NCBI GenBank assembly: GCA_018434355.1
Contig: JAHDPL010000024.1
Span: 128,522 to 192,521, forward strand
DNA: 64,000 bases
Reading direction: 5' to 3'
From: Sporomusaceae bacterium
GTDB lineage: Bacteria > Bacillota > Negativicutes > UBA1444
Part shown: piece by piece, positions 58,441-64,000 of the stretch
Layout of the letters: every line of letters begins with the position of its first letter
How positions within the stretch are numbered: the first letter of the stretch is position 1
The notes under the pieces: generated by a model
What the model saw: the letters and a program-made list of their open reading frames with translations, nothing else
The model's database searches: none
What the model was told of the DNA's origin: nothing
Program-made: the position numbers and the translations under genes

Positions 58441-59625
58441 ATGTTCAAACAAAAAACGAAGTTCCTGAGTGCCATTGCCCTGAGCGCAGTGATGTCGGTC
58501 AGCCTGCTTGCCGGTTGCGGCGGCGGCGCAAAAGAACCGGCCAAACCGGCAGTCCAGGCGCCGATCAAACTCGGCGTTATCGGCCCATACACCGGACCGA
58601 ATGCGAAACCCGGCCAAAGCATGAAGCAAGGCGTCAACCTGGCGGTAGAAGAAATCAACAAAGCAGGCGGCGTGAAAGGTCGCAAGCTGGAAGTGCTGTT
58701 TGAGGACGACGCTTCTGTGCCGGCCCAGTCGGTTTCTGCAACCGAAAAATTGATCAACAAGGACGAAGTTTCCTTTTTGATCGGTACGTTCAACAGCGCG
58801 ACCACATTGGCTGACATGAAGATCATCGAGCGCGACAAAACTCCAATGTTGGTGCCGATCGCCGTGGCGATTGAAATTACTGAATCAGGCAACAAATGGG
58901 TGTTCCGCAACTCGGCAACCAACCCGATGCAAGCAGAGCAACTGATGAACTACATCTATAAGGAAACCAAACTGCGCAAGTTTGCTGTGTTGCACGAAAA
59001 TACCGATTACGGCAAGGGTCTGATGGTTGCCGTACAGAACTATGTCAAAAAGAATGGCGGTTCGATGATCGCCGAATCCTATTCGATTGGTGACACCGAT
59101 TTTTATGCTCAATTGACCAAAATCAAAAACAACGCGCCGGAAGGACTGATCATCTGCGGCAATCTGTCCGAAGGTTCACAGATTACCCGTCAGTTTAAAG
59201 AACTCGGCTTGAAAGCTCAATTGTTCGGTTTTGGTGGATTGTCCTCCTTTGATTTCAACAATGTAGCCGCTGGTTCAAATGAAGGATTGATTGCAACCAG
59301 TTATTTTGAGAACGCCTCGCCAAATCCGCTGGCGCAGAACTTCATCAAAGGTTATAAAGCCAAATATAATGTAGATCCCGACATGTTTGCGGCAGCAATT
59401 TATGAATCGGTATACATCGCCAAGGCTGCTATCGAAAAGATGGGCGAAACCAAAGATATCGCCGCTTTCCGGGTTGCTTTGCGCGACCAACTGGCGAAAA
59501 CCAAAGACCTGCCTGGCGTCCAAGGTCCGACTACGTTCGATGCCAAAGGTCAGGCTGATAAACAGGTCATGATTATCCAATGGGAAAAAGGACAGAAAAA
59601 AATCCTTTATCCTAAAGCGAAATAA
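58441..59625 (+). CDS. branched-chain amino acid ABC transporter substrate-binding lipoprotein
   Basis: MFKQKTKFLSAIALSAVMSVSLLAGCGG lipobox; LivJ/K-type periplasmic binding fold; ORF track start 58354 is an extension. Confidence 0.85.
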   Translation: MFKQKTKFLSAIALSAVMSVSLLAGCGGGAKEPAKPAVQAPIKLGVIGPYTGPNAKPGQSMKQGVNLAVEEINKAGGVKGRKLEVLFEDDASVPAQSVSATEKLINKDEVSFLIGTFNSATTLADMKIIERDKTPMLVPIAVAIEITESGNKWVFRNSATNPMQAEQLMNYIYKETKLRKFAVLHENTDYGKGLMVAVQNYVKKNGGSMIAESYSIGDTDFYAQLTKIKNNAPEGLIICGNLSEGSQITRQFKELGLKAQLFGFGGLSSFDFNNVAAGSNEGLIATSYFENASPNPLAQNFIKGYKAKYNVDPDMFAAAIYESVYIAKAAIEKMGETKDIAAFRVALRDQLAKTKDLPGVQGPTTFDAKGQADKQVMIIQWEKGQKKILYPKAK

Positions 59626-59690
59626 TGTTGTCGTGTTGAATTTTTAGCAAAAACCTTGCTGAAATACACGAAAAAAAACATATTATCCTG

Positions 59691-59719
59691 TTGACATCCA
59701 CATTTTTGTCGGGTAAAAT
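59691..59719 (+). promoter_or_regulatory. sigma-70-type promoter TTGACA-17-TAAAAT for glutamine synthetase leader
   Basis: Consensus -35, 17-nt spacer. Confidence 0.6.
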
Positions 59720-59757
59720 GAAAGCAATTCAAGAAACCGATTAAATGTGGCAATGAA

Positions 59758-59808
59758 GCCAAATTTGATGTGAGGAGGTTCCTCACTTATCAAATTTGGC
59801 TTTTTTTT
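59758..59808 (+). terminator. intrinsic terminator inside the glutamine synthetase leader (attenuator)
   Basis: GCCAAATTTGAT-g-GTGAGG aggtt CCTCAC-tt-ATCAAATTTGGC + T8, between promoter and start codon. Confidence 0.75.
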
Positions 59809-59841
59809 CTGCAAAACAAAAATTTAAGCGAGGTGTTTGTT

Positions 59842-61740
59842 GTGGCAAAAGAATTACTTTACCTGATCCCGGCAGCCAAATGCGACAAAAAGGAAATCAT
59901 CCACATTTTGAAGAGTCATCCGGAAATCAAGTTCGTATCGATGGTGGGAATTGACCTGGCAGGCAATGATACCGATGAAAAAATTCCTGTACGCGTATTT
60001 CTGAAGGATATCGAAGATTTTTATAACGGGCATGCCATCCAGACCGATGGTTCGTCAGTGGTATTGACAGGAATCGCTACATTGAATAATGCAAAAGTCG
60101 ACATGTATGTCGACCCCAGCGTCAATTGGTATGTCGATTACAACTGGGAATCGGAAGATGAAGAAACCGGCCTGCCGATAGGTACTCTCAGGATTCCCGC
60201 ATTTTTGATGCATAATGGGCTTCGTGTAGACTCGCGATCCATTCTGACGCAAACCCTTGAATATGTTGGCGCCGAAATCAAGGCGCTTCTGAAAAAAGCC
60301 GGCAAGGTACCGGGCTTGGAGCATTTGAAAGCTTCCGAGATTGATGAAGTTTTGTTTACGATTGGTACCGAGCTGGAGTTCTGGGTAAAAACCCCGACTG
60401 AAGAGACTCATGTGGAAGAACTGTCTGCTACCCAAGTTATGCAGGAAAACTATTGGCAACGTACCCGCGGCCAGGCCCGAACCGCACTGGAAGATGCAAT
60501 GCTGATGCTGGAAGCCTATGGCTTGCAGCCGGAAATGGGTCATAAGGAAGTCGGCGGAGTTAAGGCGAAAATTGGTGAATCGGGCAGCCTCGACCATATC
60601 ATGGAACAGATGGAAATCGACTGGCGTTTCGCTCCGGCGGTTCAAGCCATCGACAATGAGCTGTTGGCCCGGATTCTGGTCAAGGAAGCGTTCCGTCTGA
60701 ATGGACTGGAAGTATCATTCCAAGCCAAGCCGATTATCGGTGTGGCAGGAAACGGGGAACACACCCACACCGGCATGGCGGTGCGCCTGAAATCAGGCAA
60801 AATTGTCAACTTGTACGCGCCGAAAGATATGAAAAAAGATTTCATGAGCTCGGTCGGTTATGGTGCCATCATGGGATTGCTCAAAAATTACGAGGTGGTC
60901 AACCCGTTCGTCACCTCCACCAATGATGCGTTCAACCGTTTGAAGCCCGGCTTTGAAGCGCCGGTTTGCATTGTGACCTCGCTGGGGCATAGCCCGGAAG
61001 TGCCTTCGCGCAACCGTACGATTTTGGCAGGTCTGGTTCGCGACGTCGAAAACCCGTTGGCTACCCGCTTTGAAATCCGTGCATTTAATCCCCTGAGCAA
61101 TTCTTATGTTGGCGTTGCCGCTGCCTACTTGGCAATGCTCGACGGAATCAAGGCGGCAATCGGTTCCGGCAAAACCAATTCCGAGCTGCTGGCCGAGCTA
61201 TCGAAGGAACCGGAAGCGGCTGGATTCTATCTGGAAAAAGGTCGCGCTTATCGCAGCGAACATGACGTATTCGACGATTATACCCCGGAACAACGCGATA
61301 AGATGTTCGGCAAACCGCCTGCCACCGTGTGGGAGAACATGGAAGCCTTAAAGTTGTACCCGGAAAAACTCAAAGTATTGAAAGCCGGCAATGTGATGCG
61401 TCAGGATCTGATCGATGCGTTTGTCAACGGAGCGTTGCTGCGCTGGAAAGTCGAGCTGATTGACCGGATTATCCCGCAGTATCTCGACACTGTTCGTTCT
61501 GTCGTTTGCCTGCATTGCGACGAAAACCCGGTGGATGACGCCGCTTGGACCGCAATCAACAACCTGCGTCTGTATCTGGCCAAAGACGGCGTGGAAAAAT
61601 CCTTGTTCAGCCGTCTGCGTGAAGCGCTGGCAGCCGGTAAATACGGCGAAGCTTCGGCAATGCAGCAGGAAATGACCGCGAAAATGGGTGAACTGGAAAG
61701 CATGTATGAAGTCTACAAGCGCAACCTACTCGATATCTGA
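59842..61740 (+). CDS. glnA: glutamine synthetase, long form (probably type III/GlnN-like)
   Basis: ~632 aa; N-terminal beta-grasp-like (VSMVGIDLAGND...QTDGSSVV), GTELEFWV and NGEHTHTG motifs; GTG 6 nt after GAGGTG (ORF track extension from 59770 covers the terminator). Confidence 0.55.
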   Translation: MAKELLYLIPAAKCDKKEIIHILKSHPEIKFVSMVGIDLAGNDTDEKIPVRVFLKDIEDFYNGHAIQTDGSSVVLTGIATLNNAKVDMYVDPSVNWYVDYNWESEDEETGLPIGTLRIPAFLMHNGLRVDSRSILTQTLEYVGAEIKALLKKAGKVPGLEHLKASEIDEVLFTIGTELEFWVKTPTEETHVEELSATQVMQENYWQRTRGQARTALEDAMLMLEAYGLQPEMGHKEVGGVKAKIGESGSLDHIMEQMEIDWRFAPAVQAIDNELLARILVKEAFRLNGLEVSFQAKPIIGVAGNGEHTHTGMAVRLKSGKIVNLYAPKDMKKDFMSSVGYGAIMGLLKNYEVVNPFVTSTNDAFNRLKPGFEAPVCIVTSLGHSPEVPSRNRTILAGLVRDVENPLATRFEIRAFNPLSNSYVGVAAAYLAMLDGIKAAIGSGKTNSELLAELSKEPEAAGFYLEKGRAYRSEHDVFDDYTPEQRDKMFGKPPATVWENMEALKLYPEKLKVLKAGNVMRQDLIDAFVNGALLRWKVELIDRIIPQYLDTVRSVVCLHCDENPVDDAAWTAINNLRLYLAKDGVEKSLFSRLREALAAGKYGEASAMQQEMTAKMGELESMYEVYKRNLLDI

Positions 61741-61761
61741 GGATAGATAAGCCCCCCCTAA

Positions 61762-61810
61762 GCAGGGCTGTGGAGAATTCTTAAAAAGTTCTTCACAGCC
61801 CTGCTTTTCT
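61762..61810 (+). terminator. Rho-independent terminator
   Basis: GCAGGGCTGTG...CACAGCCCTGC + TTTTCT. Confidence 0.7.
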
Positions 61811-61901
61811 ATGTTTTGCCATTATCCAACTTGGGTCAAACTGTCTTTCGCAGCTTGTCAAGGCAGGAATCAAGGGTCTAGTCGCGGAATAATAATAGTT
61901 T

Positions 61902-63629
61902 ATGATAGTGAGAGAGTTTTTTGCCAAACACTGGCCGATTTATTTATTAGGAATAATTTTATTGATAGTGACAGATTTATTGGCGCTGTTGATTCCGTGG
62001 GCGACCGGCCGGGCTGTGGACAGTATCGGACTAAGCAACGGCGAGGTTGGACAGAGCATTTTGCTGATTGGCGCGGTCGCGATTGCGATGGCGATTCTGC
62101 GATACTTATACCGCGAATGTATCATGGGAACGACCCGGCGACTGGAGCATCATCTGCGCAACAAGATTTTTCACCATTCTTTATTTGTGCCGATTAGTGT
62201 TTATGATGAAGCCGGTCCAGGGAAGATCATGGCATTGACAGTCAATGACGTTACTTCCGTGAGGGTGGCCGTTGGTCTGGGAATCATGCTGTTGGTGGAT
62301 GCAGGTATTATGGGCCTGGCATCGTTTGCGGTCATGTTTCGCAGCATCGACCCAATGCTCACCATCCTGTCGGTTGCTCCATTACCGTTTGTGTTTGTCG
62401 GCACGGCATGGTTGGGCCGGATTGTGCATATCCGGTTTCGCAAAGTCCAGGAACAATTTGGCGAGCTGACCGAATTTGCGCAGGAGTTGTTCGGCGGAGT
62501 AAAGATCGTGAAAGCGTTTGGCGTTGAATCACAGTTCAGCAAAAGATTTGCTGCGGTCAACCGTGAGAATATGGCAGCCAATCTGTCATTGGCAAATATC
62601 CAGGCGGTATACATCCCGGTCACCCATGTCGCTCCGCTGTTTTGTTATGCGATCGCCTTGTTTGCCGGCGGCAGGATGATCATTCAGGATTCTCTGACTG
62701 TGGGCGAACTGACGGCGTTTACCGGTTATTTGGGATTGATCATCTGGCCGGTGATGGGGCTGGGATATCTGATTAATACGGTGCAGCGCGGCCGGGCTTC
62801 CTACAGAAGGATCGAGGATTTTTTGTCCAATCCCGCCGATGAATTGGAAAAAATGGAATATTCCTGTTCTGCTGCAACTTATCCGCTGACTGGCGCAATC
62901 GAGATCAACAATCTGACGTTTCAGTACCCTCAGGCTGCAACAGCGAGTCTTAACGATGTGTCGATCCGAATACCTGCTGGGGCAACTGTGGGGATTGTCG
63001 GTCGAACCGGCTCCGGCAAGACAACGTTGCTGCGCATACTGTTGCGCCTGTATCCGGTTCCGGATGGGACGGTTTTAATTGACGGGGTTGATCTGAACCA
63101 ACATGATTTTTTGCGACTGCGTGGCGACATCGGCTATGTCCCGCAGGAAGCCGCTTTGTTTTCGATGACGGTGGCCGACAACATCGCTTTTGGCGGTGAT
63201 TATCAGCGAGGGCAAATTGAACAGGCGGCGGATCAGGCTGTCGTGCAGACGGATATTGACGCACGGACCGAAGGTTTTGGCACAATGCTGGGCGAGAAGG
63301 GGTTGCGGTTGTCCGGTGGGCAGCGACAAAGGGTGGCGATTGCCAGGGCGCTGATTCGTAATCCGCGAATTTTATTGCTGGATGATGTGTTTGCTTCCCT
63401 GGACTACCGGACGCAAAACCTGTTGGTGGATAATCTGCGCGAGATGGAAGCAGGAAGAACAACGCTGATCGTTTCGCAACGCGTGGCAGCTGTTGAACAT
63501 GCCAAGTTCATCCTAGTGTTTGAGGCCGGGCAGATTTGCGAGCAGGGGACGCATCAGGAATTGATTGCCCGTCGTGGACTGTATTATAAATTGTATGAAC
63601 AGCAACTGGCCCTGGGGGATGGGGCATGA
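61902..63629 (+). CDS. ABC exporter, fused permease/ATP-binding subunit (heterodimer partner 1)
   Basis: 6-TM N-terminal domain, Walker A GRTGSGKTT, LSGGQRQRVAIARAL, LLLDDVFASLD. Confidence 0.9.
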   Translation: MIVREFFAKHWPIYLLGIILLIVTDLLALLIPWATGRAVDSIGLSNGEVGQSILLIGAVAIAMAILRYLYRECIMGTTRRLEHHLRNKIFHHSLFVPISVYDEAGPGKIMALTVNDVTSVRVAVGLGIMLLVDAGIMGLASFAVMFRSIDPMLTILSVAPLPFVFVGTAWLGRIVHIRFRKVQEQFGELTEFAQELFGGVKIVKAFGVESQFSKRFAAVNRENMAANLSLANIQAVYIPVTHVAPLFCYAIALFAGGRMIIQDSLTVGELTAFTGYLGLIIWPVMGLGYLINTVQRGRASYRRIEDFLSNPADELEKMEYSCSAATYPLTGAIEINNLTFQYPQAATASLNDVSIRIPAGATVGIVGRTGSGKTTLLRILLRLYPVPDGTVLIDGVDLNQHDFLRLRGDIGYVPQEAALFSMTVADNIAFGGDYQRGQIEQAADQAVVQTDIDARTEGFGTMLGEKGLRLSGGQRQRVAIARALIRNPRILLLDDVFASLDYRTQNLLVDNLREMEAGRTTLIVSQRVAAVEHAKFILVFEAGQICEQGTHQELIARRGLYYKLYEQQLALGDGA

Positions 63630-64000
63630 GTATGTATTATCGGGGACGCGATTATGAGACGACATCGCCGAGTGGTTTGGCTGTTGACAGGGCTTTGTTG
63701 AAGTCGCTGTGGCAACTGGCTAGTCCGGTGAAAACCCTGCTGGCGGCAGCATTTTTCCTGATGATTGCCGATGCGGCGGCCGATTTGTCACGCCCGTATT
63801 TAATGAAAGTAGCCATCGATCATTTCATTGCGGCAAAAGACTTGTCGGGGCTGGAGAATCTGTTCCTGTTATATCTGGCCACGATTCTGGCCAGTCTGAC
63901 GCTTTCCTACTATGAAAACCTGATGCTGCAGCTAGCCGGTCAGCGTGTGATTTTGACGGTGCGAGAGAGAGTTTTCCGACACATCTTGCATCAACGTATC
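63626..64000 (+). CDS. ABC exporter permease/ATP-binding subunit (heterodimer partner 2), 3' end beyond window
   Basis: ATGA-coupled; MSMYYRGRDYETTS...LLAAAFFLMIADAAADLSRPYLMK typical exporter TMD N-terminus. Confidence 0.75.
   Translation, partial: MSMYYRGRDYETTSPSGLAVDRALLKSLWQLASPVKTLLAAAFFLMIADAAADLSRPYLMKVAIDHFIAAKDLSGLENLFLLYLATILASLTLSYYENLMLQLAGQRVILTVRERVFRHILHQRI

Noticed and set aside
59770-59841. N-terminal extensions of several ORF-track calls (59770 glnA, 32168 glyQ, 27610 kce2, 48819 pyrK, 58354 livJ, 7470 atoD, 14042 nitroreductase)
   Set aside because: Extensions run through promoters, T-box, PyrR or terminator structures. Internal ATG/GTG codons with good RBS and conserved N-termini were chosen instead.
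1-64000. CRISPR arrays, rRNA genes, IS elements, integrases, phage genes, toxin-antitoxin or restriction-modification systems
   Set aside because: No regularly spaced direct repeats, transposase/integrase/recombinase-like ORFs or phage structural genes were seen. The only repeats are short regulatory palindromes.

Overview
This 64 kb window looks like chromosomal DNA from an anaerobic Firmicute, possibly a diderm Negativicutes/Sporomusa-like organism, with about 50% GC. The back half is a housekeeping backbone with Bacillus-like synteny: glycine T-box-glyQS, ppsA-ccpN-yqfL(PSRP), dnaG-rpoD-trmK-yqfO plus tRNA-Asn/Met/Glu, feoAB, a PyrR-attenuated pyrKDFE unit, typA, livHMGF-J, and a long-form glutamine synthetase behind a terminator-containing leader. 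The front half (about 0-31 kb) is accessory-like and holds the unusual material.

1. Two paralogous beta-keto-acid cleavage (BKACE/Kce-family) plus AtoE-transporter modules. One sits with atoDA and thiolase under a PucR regulator. The other sits with a 3-hydroxyacyl-CoA-DH-like gene under a sigma-54 activator, with a canonical -24/-12 promoter and two GATGAC-N4-GTCATC enhancer palindromes. Between them lie 4-hydroxybutyryl-CoA dehydratase (AbfD), an SDR and a C_GCAxxG_C_C gene.

2. A five-gene cytoplasmic signalling operon: PocR-PAS histidine kinase, stand-alone receiver, REC-PAS-PP2C-HATPase protein, TPR/membrane protein and a Crp-family regulator. Immediately downstream is a perfect TGTGA-N6-TCACA box driving a sulfite-reductase-like::DUF1858 fusion and an unknown 202-aa protein, preceded by a 99-aa protein ending in Cys-Cys.

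3. An undescribed ~115-aa domain shared by the signalling-operon membrane protein and, in tandem, a secreted protein at 53.9 kb.

4. A fused amino-acid ABC transporter (SBD-TMD-SBD) whose binding domains appear circularly permuted, with a partner ATPase carrying an unknown C-terminal extension.

Other notes: an orphan Flp-family pilin, a PSRP gene lacking a canonical start codon, and a 40-bp perfect palindrome upstream of ppsA. No CRISPR arrays, rRNA genes or recognisable mobile elements were seen.
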